A stretch of DNA of 49,527 nucleotides, from NCBI GenBank assembly GCA_042576125.1, contig JBHPCH010000003.1:1-49527 (forward strand), in the 5' to 3' direction. This DNA comes from Thermodesulfobacteriota bacterium (GTDB lineage Bacteria; Desulfobacterota; Desulfobulbia; Desulfobulbales; BM004). The stretch's first letter is position 1. The number at the start of each line of letters is the position of its first letter. The notes under the pieces were generated by a model, which ran no database searches, had not been told where the DNA came from, and saw only the letters and a list, made by a program, of their open reading frames with translations. Made by a program: the position numbers and the translations under genes. Of this stretch, positions 19,499 through 30,580 are shown piece by piece.

Positions 19499-20950
19499 TT
19501 GACGCTTCCCAAAAAATCATTTCGAATTATTTTTATCATCATATGGGTCATCCTGTTTGGTGCCCTTCTAAAGCGCGATTATTTTATCAAAAGTATTGAA
19601 ATTCGCGAAGAACAGACCATTAAAAAGGGCAGAGAGGAAAGCTTTGCCGGTATTTATTTCCAGAGAGAAAGAATCGGATATGTCAAAAACAAACTGAGTA
19701 AATCTGATTCTGATGAATATATTCTTCAGCAGGATGCTTTCCTCTACCTGAATATCCTCAACGAATCACATCCTGTTGATATGAGGGTCAAGGCAACCCT
19801 GACCGGGGAAATGCTGCTTAAGGATTTTGTTTTCCACTTCACCTCCCCATTTTATAAAATGGATGCCGAAGGCAGTGTTGAAGGCCGTTTAGTTAAGTTC
19901 TCACTAAAAACCGGCAAGGAAACAATTACTGACACTATACGGCTGCAAAAACCTCCCTTTCTTTCTACCAACAGACGTTCATACCTCCTCAAACAGGAAT
20001 TGCAACCAGGAGACAAGCTGAAAATTCCCTACTTCGATCCAATTTCCCTGTCCGGGAAAGACACGGTTATGGAATATAAAGGCAAAAAGAAAATCCTGGT
20101 TAATAAACGTATTTTTAATCTGCATCATTTTGTAGAGACCTTTTCCGGCATTAGAATAAACAGCTGGCTTGACGATGAAGGGAAAGTGGTAAAAGAAGAA
20201 TCTCCCGCCGGTTTTGTTTTTATAGCCGAACCTGAATTCAAGGCAAAGGATATAAAGGTTAAAGGCAAAGAAATTTTAAGCAGTGTCTCTATACCTTTAA
20301 CCGGTGGCAACCTGGATCTTAGCAACCGCACCTCTATCAGCTATAAACTAACCCTGCCGGACGGGACTCATTTTGACCTGAATAAAGACCGTCAAAGCCT
20401 GGAGGGTGATATCATTACTCTGCAACAGGAACTCCTTCCGGGAGAAGATGCTTTGGCCTGCAAAGGATTTCCTGAAGAACTTGCAGCAACACCCTATATC
20501 CAAACGAAAAATAAACGTATTACAGATCTGGCGCAAACTGTTGCAGGGGAAGTGACGAATGATCTAAACCGGGCCAAGGTCCTGTCTGAGTGGATATTTG
20601 AAAATCTGGAAAAAAGACCTGTGTTGGGTATTCCGGATGCACTTACCACTTTGAATACAAAAATGGGGGACTGCAACGAGCATGCGGCCCTTTTTGCTGC
20701 CCTTGCCAGGAATGCAGGCATACCGACACGGGTAGCTTCCGGCGTGACCTTCTTTGAGGGCGCATTTTATTACCATGCCTGGAATGAAATCTGTCTCGAC
20801 GACAACTGGTACAGCATTGACACTACAAAAAATCAATTCCCGGCGGATTTAAGCCATATAAAATTTGTTGAAGGGGAAACAGATAAACAGGTAAAGATCG
20901 CCGCTCTACTCGGTAAATTGAAAATTGAAATAGTTGACGATAAGAAGTAA
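19499..20950 (+). CDS. Membrane-anchored transglutaminase-like protein
   Basis: N-terminal TM; GDCNEHA, YHAWNE, IDTT Cys-His-Asp triad. Confidence 0.88.
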   Translation: MTLPKKSFRIIFIIIWVILFGALLKRDYFIKSIEIREEQTIKKGREESFAGIYFQRERIGYVKNKLSKSDSDEYILQQDAFLYLNILNESHPVDMRVKATLTGEMLLKDFVFHFTSPFYKMDAEGSVEGRLVKFSLKTGKETITDTIRLQKPPFLSTNRRSYLLKQELQPGDKLKIPYFDPISLSGKDTVMEYKGKKKILVNKRIFNLHHFVETFSGIRINSWLDDEGKVVKEESPAGFVFIAEPEFKAKDIKVKGKEILSSVSIPLTGGNLDLSNRTSISYKLTLPDGTHFDLNKDRQSLEGDIITLQQELLPGEDALACKGFPEELAATPYIQTKNKRITDLAQTVAGEVTNDLNRAKVLSEWIFENLEKRPVLGIPDALTTLNTKMGDCNEHAALFAALARNAGIPTRVASGVTFFEGAFYYHAWNEICLDDNWYSIDTTKNQFPADLSHIKFVEGETDKQVKIAALLGKLKIEIVDDKK

Positions 20951-20953
20951 GCC

Positions 20954-21775
20954 ATGAAAAAACCGATCCATGAAACAAACAAAACATTGCCTGGCATAAA
21001 AGAGACCGACCACTTGCTTGCCATTGATCACATAACCAAAAAGTTCGGAAATTTTAAGGCAGTTGACGATATAAGCCTTACTGTCAACCGTGGAGAAATC
21101 TTTGGTTTTATCGGGCCGAATGGTGCAGGCAAAACAACCACTATTAAGATGATAGCAGGGCTCTTAAAACCTGATACAGGTCAAATATTCATAAACAAAC
21201 GGAACCTGAAGGAAGAACCGGGACCCTGCAAACAGGATACTGGATATATACCTGACAGGCCCTATTTGTTTGAGAAACTTACAGGGTATGAATTTCTCCA
21301 GTTCATTGCCAGTCTTTATAAGCTGGCACCTGATACCTTTTCTAAGAATACGGCTCACTATCTCAGGCTTTTCGACCTTCTGGATTGGCAGCACCACCTT
21401 ATTGAAAGCTATTCGCACGGTATGCGGCAGAAGCTGATTATTTCCAGTGTCTTCATGTTGGAGCCTCCTTTTATTGTTGTTGATGAACCTATGGTAGGGC
21501 TTGACCCGAAAAGTGCCCGTATCGTCAAGGAACTATTTAAAAGTCACGCTGCCAGGGGCACCTCTATTTTCCTTTCTACACACTCCCTGGAAATTGCAGA
21601 GGAACTCTGTGACCGGATAGGGATTATATTAAATGGAAGATTACGGGCAATGGGCAACTTGAAAGATTTGCAGCTCGAAGCTGAAACTGAACATTCGGAT
21701 CTTGAGGAAATATTTCTGGAACTCACCGGGGCCTATGAGCTCCAGGGGATAATCGCAGCCCTTAGATCAGGCTGA
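20954..21775 (+). CDS. ABC transporter ATP-binding protein
   Basis: GPNGAGKTT, YSHGMRQK, VDEP, STH. Confidence 0.95.
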   Translation: MKKPIHETNKTLPGIKETDHLLAIDHITKKFGNFKAVDDISLTVNRGEIFGFIGPNGAGKTTTIKMIAGLLKPDTGQIFINKRNLKEEPGPCKQDTGYIPDRPYLFEKLTGYEFLQFIASLYKLAPDTFSKNTAHYLRLFDLLDWQHHLIESYSHGMRQKLIISSVFMLEPPFIVVDEPMVGLDPKSARIVKELFKSHAARGTSIFLSTHSLEIAEELCDRIGIILNGRLRAMGNLKDLQLEAETEHSDLEEIFLELTGAYELQGIIAALRSG

Positions 21776-21823
21776 AAATACCAAATTGCAGAAAGCATGA
21801 CATAAAATTTTGTATTAAGAAAA

Positions 21824-23497
21824 ATGCGACTTTCTCAACGAACAGTACTTTTGCAGCCCTTTTTCTATTCTGCAAAAAATAAATTTTTCCCGAAAAACAG
21901 GATACCTTTTACTACAATCGGTGTGTTGATTTTCAGTCTGTCAGTCTGTGTGGCTCTGTATAAGATTGTTGTAAAGGTTGTCACTTATTTTCACAGCCAG
22001 AATGAACTTGGCATAATCCTCAGTCTGAAAATTTTCCAGATGGCCTGGATTACCATGTTTGCCATGCTGGTTTTCTCCTGCATGGTTTCTGCAGTATCAT
22101 CCTTGTTTCTTTCCCAGGACAATGAAATTATATTTGCAGCTCCTGTTCCAACATCTGATATTTTCTTTATGCGCTACATGACAACTTCAATCTATACATC
22201 CTGGATGATGGTTGTGTTTTCAATCCCAATTTTTGCTGCTTACGGAACAGTTTTTCAGGCAGACTTTTTTTACTGGCCCCTTATGCTGGTCAGCATAATC
22301 ACTACCGCAGCCATAGCCACAACATTCAGCATGGGTTTCACCGTTGTTCTTGTCAATCTCTTTCCAGCCAGACGAACGAAGGATATAATCCTCTACCTGT
22401 CAATCTGTTTTGGTGTTTTCATTTATCTCATCTTCCGACTTATGCGGCCTGAAGACCTTGTTAACCCAGATAAATATGGTCATTTCATTGAATATCTTTC
22501 CTCTCTTGCTACGCCGGCGGCTCCTTATATTCCGGCTGCCTGGGCTTCCAACCTGCTTTCCTATTATCTCATGGAACGGGAGATTGATTTTCTTGTTACA
22601 GCACTGCTTTGCATTACTCCGTTTGCACTTTTCTTTTTAGGTGAATGGGCTATGGAGAAATGGTTTTTCTCTGGTTTCACAAAATCCCAGGAATCCTTTG
22701 GCGGTTACCGTAAGTTTTCCAACCAGGGCAAATATAAACGCAATTCCATGCAGTGGATTTTCCGCAAAGAAGCAAAATTATTCCTGCGGGATTCAGCAGA
22801 ATGGTCCCAACTTTTTATGATCGCAGCGCTGGTAATTGTATACCTGTATAATTTTAAAGTACTGCCTGTGGAGCGTTCATGGTTTGAAGAGGAATACATT
22901 ACCAACCTCATTTCATTTCTTAACATCGGGCTGACAGGCTTTGTTGTAGCATCCCTGGCTGCCCGTTTTGTTTACCCTTCCATAGGGGCTGAAGGTGGCT
23001 CATTCTATATTATCATGTCTTCTCCCTTATCAACCGCCAGGTATATCCTGCATAAATATCTTTTTTATGTGGTGCCGTTTACAGGGCTAACCCTGATCCT
23101 GCTTATCGTATCCAATCACCTTCTCAATATCGAAGGGCCAATGTGGTGGATTTCAATTGTAGCCGGCTTACTAATTACCTGGACAGTACTTGCCATGGCA
23201 CTGGGGTTTGGAGCAATCTATGCCGATTTCAAGGCAGAAAACAGGGCTGCAGCTCTTGGTGGAATTGGGGCTATCTTTTTTCTTTTTACAGCAATAGCTT
23301 TTGAGATGGCTGTTATATTCCTGGGAGGTGCACCGGTTTTCAGGTTTATGAGAAGCTGGCTGCGAAAAGGAATAATGCCAATTGAGGAGGTTCTGACATT
23401 GATAGTCTGGATTCTTGTTTCTCTCTTTTTATCCCTTTTTCTTGGCATCTTTTTCATCAAAAAAGGAATAAAAAAACTTGAGGCGTCAAGTTCGTGA
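21824..23497 (+). CDS. ABC-exporter-type permease
   Basis: Many TM segments, duplicated halves, follows the ABC ATPase. Confidence 0.8.
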   Translation: MRLSQRTVLLQPFFYSAKNKFFPKNRIPFTTIGVLIFSLSVCVALYKIVVKVVTYFHSQNELGIILSLKIFQMAWITMFAMLVFSCMVSAVSSLFLSQDNEIIFAAPVPTSDIFFMRYMTTSIYTSWMMVVFSIPIFAAYGTVFQADFFYWPLMLVSIITTAAIATTFSMGFTVVLVNLFPARRTKDIILYLSICFGVFIYLIFRLMRPEDLVNPDKYGHFIEYLSSLATPAAPYIPAAWASNLLSYYLMEREIDFLVTALLCITPFALFFLGEWAMEKWFFSGFTKSQESFGGYRKFSNQGKYKRNSMQWIFRKEAKLFLRDSAEWSQLFMIAALVIVYLYNFKVLPVERSWFEEEYITNLISFLNIGLTGFVVASLAARFVYPSIGAEGGSFYIIMSSPLSTARYILHKYLFYVVPFTGLTLILLIVSNHLLNIEGPMWWISIVAGLLITWTVLAMALGFGAIYADFKAENRAAALGGIGAIFFLFTAIAFEMAVIFLGGAPVFRFMRSWLRKGIMPIEEVLTLIVWILVSLFLSLFLGIFFIKKGIKKLEASSS

Positions 23498-23584
23498 CAT
23501 AGATAGCACCTTTCCCTGCTTGCATACCTATTTAAAGAGGTTGCAGTAAAATTCAATCCTGAAAGTTGTCAGGCGACAATTTTG

Positions 23585-23767
23585 CTAAAATCCTGGAACA
23601 TAGCCTGATCCGTGACAAAGAGGGCATATCTCCTCTTCAATGCAATGACAGTCGACCCAGTCTTCATCTTCCTGACTGCCGCGCCATTCCATGTCACAAA
23701 CACAGGTTCCCGGAATCTTTTTTTCACCTTTGCACTCAGGGCAAATCGTGTTCATATCATCAGTCAT
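23585..23767 (-). CDS. Small DnaJ-like Zn-finger protein
   Basis: CPECKG, CVC, CHC, CPLCHGSG; GGAGG RBS. Confidence 0.75.
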   Translation of the reverse strand: MTDDMNTICPECKGEKKIPGTCVCDMEWRGSQEDEDWVDCHCIEEEICPLCHGSGYVPGF

Positions 23768-23876
23768 AATAACACCTCCAGCTTACAGTTGAATGTAATG
23801 ACTTCAGCTGTTTATATATAAAATATACACGAAAGATTAAAGCTTCAAGGTTGTGCGTGTGGGAATACCTGATTGA

Positions 23877-25061
23877 TCAACTACGGTAATCGGCATTTAT
23901 TCTGATATAATCAACAGAAAGATCACAGGTGTAGATTTCTCCTACAGCCTGGCCTGTTTTCAGATCGACAGTCACGGTAAAGGTTTTCTGTTTCAGAACT
24001 TCTGTGGCACCCGTCTCTGCGGTATCTCCCTGAGCCAGACCATCTCTAACCAGAACAACATCGTCGAAAGCTATATCGACCTTATTTTGATCAAATTCAA
24101 TTCCGGAACGGCCTAGAGCGGCTATTATTCTGCCCCAGTTGGCATCCTCTCCAAAAAAGGCCGTTTTAACAAGGGCCGAGTTTGCAATTGTGCGGGCAGC
24201 CTGTTCTGCATCCGTCTCAGATGAAGCATTCTTGACCTTGATGGTAACAAGCTTTGTCGCACCCTCACCGTCTGCAACTATCTGCAGGGCCAAGTCTTTT
24301 AATAAATCTGACAGGGCAGCAGCGAAAATCCTGCTGTCCTCGGTTTCAAGATCATTCATTTCAGGATTACCGGATTTACAACTTGCCAGAGCAAAAACAG
24401 TATCATTGGTGCTTGTGTCACCATCAACAGTGATGCGGTTAAACGATTGTTCAGCCGCCTGTGATAAATGATGCTGCAGAATATCTGCAGTAATATTTGC
24501 ATCTGTCATCACAAAACCGAGCATAGTTGCCATGTCCGGCATAATCATGCCTGCCCCTTTGGCTATTCCCAAAAGCTTTACATCGTAACCGGCTATGGAA
24601 CAGATACGTTCAGCGGTCTTAGGAACTGTATCGGTTGTCATAATGGCCCGGGCCACATGGTCATAATTCTTTGGGGAAAGGTTCTCTACCAGACTATCAA
24701 GAGCGATTGCAATTTTTTCAACCGGAAGCTGTTCTCCAATTACTCCTGTGGACGCAATCTGCACCAGGTCATCATCAATATGTAAGGCAGCAGCTATCAA
24801 GCCGGAACACTTCAAGGCCGCCTCCATCCCCTTTTCTCCTGTACAGGCATTAGCCACCCCGCTGTTCACCAGAACAGCCTGTGCCCTGCCCTGCCCGACC
24901 CTTTCCATATCAAGGAGCACCGGAGCAGCCTTTACACGGCTCGTGGTGAAAACAGCTGCAGCAACTGCAGGTTTGTCACAGTAGATAAGTCCGAGATCCA
25001 ATCGATCCTCTTTTCTTATCCCTGCACTTACTGCAGAATATGTAAACCCATTGATTATCAA
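23877..25061 (-). CDS. argJ: Bifunctional ornithine acetyltransferase ArgJ
   Basis: NSGVANACTG, IMTTDT, KGAGMI.PDMATML, DGEGATK, NADYRS. Confidence 0.96.
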   Translation of the reverse strand: MIINGFTYSAVSAGIRKEDRLDLGLIYCDKPAVAAAVFTTSRVKAAPVLLDMERVGQGRAQAVLVNSGVANACTGEKGMEAALKCSGLIAAALHIDDDLVQIASTGVIGEQLPVEKIAIALDSLVENLSPKNYDHVARAIMTTDTVPKTAERICSIAGYDVKLLGIAKGAGMIMPDMATMLGFVMTDANITADILQHHLSQAAEQSFNRITVDGDTSTNDTVFALASCKSGNPEMNDLETEDSRIFAAALSDLLKDLALQIVADGEGATKLVTIKVKNASSETDAEQAARTIANSALVKTAFFGEDANWGRIIAALGRSGIEFDQNKVDIAFDDVVLVRDGLAQGDTAETGATEVLKQKTFTVTVDLKTGQAVGEIYTCDLSVDYIRINADYRS

Positions 25062-25166
25062 TTTATTTTATCTGACTCTCTATTATTTCTTAATCCGCGC
25101 TGTTACAATTCTTAAAACTTTTAGAAACTCACAACCTCAGGGTATAAATAAAATAATTGCAAAAAA

Positions 25167-27716
25167 CTACTTGAGTCTGCCACAACATTTTTTATACTTC
25201 TTGCCACTTCCACAGGTACACGGGCTGTTTCGGCCAACTTTTTCACCCTCCCTTTTTACAGGCTGCTTCTGAGCCTGTCCGGATCCTTCAGCTCCCCGGC
25301 TCAAACGCATCTCGCTTTGCTGCCGTTTTCTTTTCTCCATGGCCTCCCGGTCAACATCCTCCTCACTGGCAATCTTTATTTTGAAAAGTGTTGACAGGGT
25401 TTTCTGCTTTACGATTTCTATCATGTTGGCAAACATTTCAAAGCCTTCACGTTTATATTCATTCAGGGGGTTTTTTTGGCCGTAACCGCGTAAACCGATG
25501 CCTTCCTTGAGATGATCCATGTTCAGGAGATGTTCTTTCCAATACGTATCAACCATCTGCAGAAAAATAACCCGCTCAAGGTATCGCATGCCGTCAATGC
25601 CTATTTCCTCCTCCTGTTTCTCATAAGCACGACTGGCTATTTGCAGCAATTTTTCAAACAGACTTTCGTGGTCAAGATCCTGCCTGTCTGCTTCATCAAA
25701 TTCAGGTGCAACACCTATTAGACTCTGCAACCTCTCGAAAATACCCTGCCAGTCCCAGTCCGATGACAGGACTTTCTGTTCTACAAATTCGGCAGCAATA
25801 GCTTCTATCTCCTCTCCGAGTATTTCTTCTATCAGCGGCTTGATATTATCACTGTCAAGAGCTTCACGCCGTTGCTGATAAATAACTTCCCTCTGCTTGT
25901 TCATTACATCATCATATTCAAGCAGATGTTTACGAATGTCAAAGTTATGCCCTTCAACTTTTCTCTGTGCATTTTCAATAGCACGGCTGATCATGTTGTG
26001 TTCAATCGGATCATCCTCATCCATGCCGAGCTTATCCAGAACGCCCGAAATCCTGTCGGAACCAAAAATCCGCAACAGATCATCTTCAAGAGAAAGATAA
26101 AAACGTGAAGACCCCTGATCCCCCTGCCTGCCGGAACGTCCACGGAGCTGGTTGTCAATCCGTCTCGACTCATGGCGACTGGTGCCCAGAATATGCAGAC
26201 CGCCAAGATCCGCAACACCTTCACCTAACTTGATATCAGTACCCCGCCCTGCCATATTGGTGGCGATGGTAACTCTGCCCTTCTGGCCTGCCTTAGCAAT
26301 AATTTCTGCTTCTTTCTCATGATGCTTTGCATTAAGCACTGAATGCTTGATACCTTCTTTCTTGAGCATATTGGATATCTTTTCAGAAACATCTATTGAA
26401 ATAGTGCCCACCAGCACCGGTTGCCCCTTTTTGTGCAGTTCCATAATTTCACGGATGACCGCCTTATATTTGGCCGGGATATTCTTGTAGATCGAATCCG
26501 GGAAGTCAATTCGGATCATATTTTTATGGGTTGGGATTATGACCACATCAAGGTTATAAATTTTCTTGAATTCTGGGGCTTCAGTATCTGCCGTACCTGT
26601 CATGCCTGAAAGTTTATCGTAAAGACGGAAATAATTCTGAAAAGTAATCGAAGCCAATGTCTGATTCTCACGTTCGACCTTAACGTTTTCCTTTGCCTCC
26701 AGGGCCTGGTGCAAACCGTCACTGTAACGACGACCCGGCATGGTGCGGCCGGTGAACTCATCAACGATCACCACTTCGCCGTCCTTGACCAGATAGTCAA
26801 CATCCCTCTGGAAAAGAAGATGAGCCTTGAGGGCCTGGTTCAAATGATGCAGGTATTCAATATTCTTGGGGTCATAAAGATTTTCTACCTTGAGAAGCTG
26901 TTCACCCAGAGCCACACCTTCCTCGGTCATTGATACAGCCTTCGCTTTTTCATCCAGGGTATAATGCTCATCTATTTTGAACCGGGGAATAATCTTATCC
27001 ACTGAATGATACAGTTCCGTGGACATATCGGCAGGCCCAGAAATGATAAGAGGCGTCCTGGCTTCATCAATGAGGATGGAATCCACCTCATCGACTATGG
27101 CAAAATTGAAATCCCTCTGACAATAATCCTTGATGTCGAATTTCATATTGTCCCGCAGGTAATCAAAGCCGAATTCATTGTTGGTGCCGTAGGTTACATC
27201 CGCGTTATAAGCCTTCTTGCGTTCCTCGTCATTCATGTCATGGATGATTGTGCCTGTGGTGAGACCCAGAAAACGGTAAATGGCCCCCATCCATTCAGCA
27301 TCACGGCTGGCCAGGTAATCATTGACCGTCACAACATGAACCCCTTTGCCTGACAGGGCATTTAAATAAACTGCCAGGGTTGAACACAGGGTCTTGCCTT
27401 CACCGGTTCTCATCTCGGCTATCTTGCCCTGGTGCAGAACTACACCGCCGATAAGCTGCACATCGTAATGTCTCTCACCTATCACCCTATAGGCCGCCTC
27501 ACGGGTTACGGCAAATGCCTCCGGCAGCAGGTCATCTAAAGACTCTCCCTTGACAAATCTCTCCTTGAATTCATCTGTCTTTGCTGCAAGTCCGGCGTCA
27601 TCCAATTTCTGAATATCGGGCTCAAGGCTGTTTATTCTATCGACAATCGGATGAATTTCTTTCAAAATTCTTTCGTTTTTGCTGCCAAAAATTTTTGTTA
27701 ATGCAGAACCTATCAT
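25167..27716 (-). CDS. secA: Preprotein translocase SecA
   Basis: [39 protein letters not shown]-terminal SEC-C motif. Confidence 0.98.
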   Translation of the reverse strand: MIGSALTKIFGSKNERILKEIHPIVDRINSLEPDIQKLDDAGLAAKTDEFKERFVKGESLDDLLPEAFAVTREAAYRVIGERHYDVQLIGGVVLHQGKIAEMRTGEGKTLCSTLAVYLNALSGKGVHVVTVNDYLASRDAEWMGAIYRFLGLTTGTIIHDMNDEERKKAYNADVTYGTNNEFGFDYLRDNMKFDIKDYCQRDFNFAIVDEVDSILIDEARTPLIISGPADMSTELYHSVDKIIPRFKIDEHYTLDEKAKAVSMTEEGVALGEQLLKVENLYDPKNIEYLHHLNQALKAHLLFQRDVDYLVKDGEVVIVDEFTGRTMPGRRYSDGLHQALEAKENVKVERENQTLASITFQNYFRLYDKLSGMTGTADTEAPEFKKIYNLDVVIIPTHKNMIRIDFPDSIYKNIPAKYKAVIREIMELHKKGQPVLVGTISIDVSEKISNMLKKEGIKHSVLNAKHHEKEAEIIAKAGQKGRVTIATNMAGRGTDIKLGEGVADLGGLHILGTSRHESRRIDNQLRGRSGRQGDQGSSRFYLSLEDDLLRIFGSDRISGVLDKLGMDEDDPIEHNMISRAIENAQRKVEGHNFDIRKHLLEYDDVMNKQREVIYQQRREALDSDNIKPLIEEILGEEIEAIAAEFVEQKVLSSDWDWQGIFERLQSLIGVAPEFDEADRQDLDHESLFEKLLQIASRAYEKQEEEIGIDGMRYLERVIFLQMVDTYWKEHLLNMDHLKEGIGLRGYGQKNPLNEYKREGFEMFANMIEIVKQKTLSTLFKIKIASEEDVDREAMEKRKRQQSEMRLSRGAEGSGQAQKQPVKREGEKVGRNSPCTCGSGKKYKKCCGRLK

Positions 27717-27876
27717 TCTATTACAACTCCAGGGTTAATGACTTTTTTTCCAGTCTTTTATTTTTTTTATACAGGGGGTCAAAAAAATACAAAATCTCGT
27801 CATTTGTAAAACTTTACTTTATTGGACAAACGGGGTAGTTCAGCTGATAACTGCGGCGTCTGAAATCAATAAGACG

Positions 27877-28353
27877 TTATGCATTTTTTTCCCAAACCAG
27901 GGCTTCCTCATTACAGTCAGGGAATTTGGAACACTGAATGCAGTCACTCCAGACCTTATGTGGCAACTCTGATTTATCAATATCCTTGAAACCAATTTTC
28001 CTGAAAAAATCAGGCTGGTATGTAAGGGTGAAAACTTTTGTTATACCATAGGAGTCAGCCTCTGTTAATGCCCTGTCAACCAGCTGCCGCCCCACACCTT
28101 TTCCCTGTCCCTCATCAGTGACCGCCAACGACCTGATCTCTGCAAGGTTCTCCCAGCATATGTGCAATGAGCAGACTCCGACCAATTTTTCCTGATCCGG
28201 ATTATCTTCATCCTTTTCCACATAGACGGTGAAATCCTTTAACTGGTCATACAAAGAGCTCAGGGATCTCCCCAGCAACAAATCCTTGTCTGCAAAATAC
28301 TGCAGCAGTTTATATATTTTCTTTACATCACCCATGTGGGCATTACGGATCAT
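27877..28353 (-). CDS. GNAT N-acetyltransferase (amino-acid acetyltransferase-like)
   Basis: LAEIRSLAV, QGKGVGRQL, VFTLTY, LPHKVWSDC..C.KFPDC. Confidence 0.88.
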   Translation of the reverse strand: MIRNAHMGDVKKIYKLLQYFADKDLLLGRSLSSLYDQLKDFTVYVEKDEDNPDQEKLVGVCSLHICWENLAEIRSLAVTDEGQGKGVGRQLVDRALTEADSYGITKVFTLTYQPDFFRKIGFKDIDKSELPHKVWSDCIQCSKFPDCNEEALVWEKNA

Positions 28354-28505
28354 TTCTGATTATTCCTCAAAATATAAATTTAATATTTCGTATAGCTTAA
28401 ACCTAATTTTTCATCTTGCATTTACTTTCCCAATGATTTCACATGGCGGCGCATCTTACTCCGGGAGTCAAGCAGGGTCAAGCACTCTGACGCTTGCTGG
28501 TGAAA

Positions 28506-28661
28506 CTATCCCGGAGGAAGAAGAACTGTCTGACCGGCCCAGATTCCCAAAAGAAACATCCAAAGAAGAATACAGAACAATACTGCCCCAACTCCCAGTA
28601 ATCCCCCCAGGGTAAGTTCAAACTTTATCTTCTTTTTTTTCTTGCTTTTTTTCCTGGCCAT
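28506..28661 (-). CDS. 51-aa single-pass membrane protein resembling the N-terminus of FtsN/SPOR proteins
   Basis: Manual translation MARKKSKKKKKIKFELTLGGLLGVGAVLFCILLWMFLLGIWAGQTVLLPPG*; directly downstream of argS. Confidence 0.65.
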   Translation of the reverse strand: MARKKSKKKKKIKFELTLGGLLGVGAVLFCILLWMFLLGIWAGQTVLLPPG

Positions 28662-28675
28662 TTATTTAGCGATAT

Positions 28676-28750
28676 AAGGTTTGAGGTACGAGGTATATTT
28701 ATTTTTTAGTTAAATCTTTTCCGCATACCGTGCACCGCATACCGCGCACC
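28676..28750. repeat. Degenerate heptamer tandem repeats in two opposed arms
   Basis: AAGGTTT/GAGGTAC/GAGGTAT and CCGCATA/CCGTGCA/CCGCATA/CCGCGCA. Confidence 0.6.
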
Positions 28751-28768
28751 TTTCTTTTATCTTTTCAT

Positions 28769-30427
28769 TCACATGGATTCAGGTGCAGAAAGACCGACTA
28801 AACGCAAACCGTTATGAAAAACTATACGCAATGATTCAGCAAGCCAGAGCCTGGCCTGGGTGAGCTCTATATCTTCTGAAATAACCAGGTGTTTATTATA
28901 ATAACTGTGGAATTGGCCTGCCAGTTCCATCAGAAAAAAGATAATCCTGTGCGGTGATAGGTCAAGGGCGGCATTTTGAACCAATTCAGGGAATGAAGCA
29001 AGGGCCTTTAGCATACTCATCTCCTCAGGAAGGGAAAGCCGAACAAGGGCAACCTCTTCCAGGGGGATTCTCGTAATATTTTTTTCTGCTGCCTTTTTTT
29101 GAATACTGCGCAACCGGGCATTGGCATATTGCACATAAAATACCGGATTCTCCTGACTTTCTTTGGTGGCAAGATCAAGATCAAACTCCAGCTGGCTATC
29201 AGCCTTTCGCATCAAAAAGAAAAACCTGATTACATCCGGCCCAACCTCGTCAAAGAGTTCATCCACCGTGACAAAGTTCGCCTTCCTGGTTGACATTTTC
29301 ACCTGCTTCCCTTCGCGGGTCAGGGTAACGAACTGATGCAAAACCACGGTTATTTTTGAATCATCATAGCCAAGTGCTCTGATGCCGGAGAGAACATCAG
29401 GCACCGTGGCAATATGATCTGCACCGAAGATGTTTACCAACCAGTCAAAATCCCGTCTTAACTTTTCCCTGTGATAGGCGATATCCGGCAGTCTGTACGT
29501 TGGTTCGCCTGTGCTTTTAATAATGACGCGGTCCTTCTCCTGGCCAAATTCAGTCGTCTTGAACCAGACTGCCCCGTCAAAATCATAGACAAACCCCTTT
29601 GCACGAAGAATAGCAACCACGTCATCAACAAGTCCTTTCTCATAAAGAGAATGCTCGTTGTAATAGGAATCAAATTTAATATCGAGGCGTGCCAGTGTGT
29701 CGGCAATATTGGCAAATATATCCTGTTCAGCCATTTCTTTAAAAGGAGCTACATCTTCAGTATCTTTGAGGGAGTCTCCCTTTTCAGCCACCATTTTTCT
29801 GGCAATATCATAAATGTATTCTCCCTGGTACCCGTCCTCAGGAAAATCACCTTCAAGTCCAAGTATCTCCATGTAACGGGCTCTGGTGGACCTTCCCAAT
29901 ACACGCATTTGCCGACCTGCATCATTATAATAATATTCCCGGGTAACCTCATGGCCAGTGGCTTCAAGCAGTCTGGCAATTGAATCTCCCAGAACAGCCT
30001 GGCGACCATGGCCGATGGAAAGAGGACCGGTAGGATTGGCACTGACAAACTCAACCAGCACCTTTTTGTTTTTTCCCACCTCAGACGAGCCGTAACTGTA
30101 AGCCTGATCACAAACCGGCTTAATAACAGACTGCCAAACTTCATCCCGGACAAATAAATTAACAAATCCGGGTCCGGCAATTTCAACCTTAGCAAACAGG
30201 TCGGTATGTTTAGAAAGTTTCGCGGTAAGCTGGGCCGCAAGCTCTCGGGGATTCTTCTTTTCCCTGCCTGCTATTATCATGGCCATATTAGTGGAGAAAT
30301 CTCCATGAGAGGCATGCTTGGGAAATTCAACAGTATAGGAACCGGCAGCTCCGTCAGACCATAATTCCTGTTTAACGCCTTCAATAAAACAGCTGTCCAG
30401 AATTTTTTTTACTTGTTCTTTTATCAT
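28769..30427 (-). CDS. argS: Arginine--tRNA ligase
   Basis: VEFVSANPTGPLSIGHGR, KMSTRKA, NPVFYVQYANAR, APESM end. Confidence 0.97.
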   Translation of the reverse strand: MIKEQVKKILDSCFIEGVKQELWSDGAAGSYTVEFPKHASHGDFSTNMAMIIAGREKKNPRELAAQLTAKLSKHTDLFAKVEIAGPGFVNLFVRDEVWQSVIKPVCDQAYSYGSSEVGKNKKVLVEFVSANPTGPLSIGHGRQAVLGDSIARLLEATGHEVTREYYYNDAGRQMRVLGRSTRARYMEILGLEGDFPEDGYQGEYIYDIARKMVAEKGDSLKDTEDVAPFKEMAEQDIFANIADTLARLDIKFDSYYNEHSLYEKGLVDDVVAILRAKGFVYDFDGAVWFKTTEFGQEKDRVIIKSTGEPTYRLPDIAYHREKLRRDFDWLVNIFGADHIATVPDVLSGIRALGYDDSKITVVLHQFVTLTREGKQVKMSTRKANFVTVDELFDEVGPDVIRFFFLMRKADSQLEFDLDLATKESQENPVFYVQYANARLRSIQKKAAEKNITRIPLEEVALVRLSLPEEMSMLKALASFPELVQNAALDLSPHRIIFFLMELAGQFHSYYNKHLVISEDIELTQARLWLAESLRIVFHNGLRLVGLSAPESM

Positions 30428-30476
30428 CTATCTTTGAAATTATTTTTAAAATTTTATTTATTTTCACTAAGCCAAA

Positions 30477-30577
30477 GGGCCAACGATGTATTCCAAGTCA
30501 AGGAAGAGCCTGTTCGGCTATAGTACTACTATGCCGAACAGACGATGACGAAGGAATTGGGATACAGCCGATGGTCC
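30477..30577. repeat. Palindromic intergenic element, related to 32270-32415
   Basis: Imperfect terminal IRs; core AGGAAGAGCCTGTTCGGCTAT...GCCGAACA. Confidence 0.65.
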
Positions 30578-30580
30578 ATT

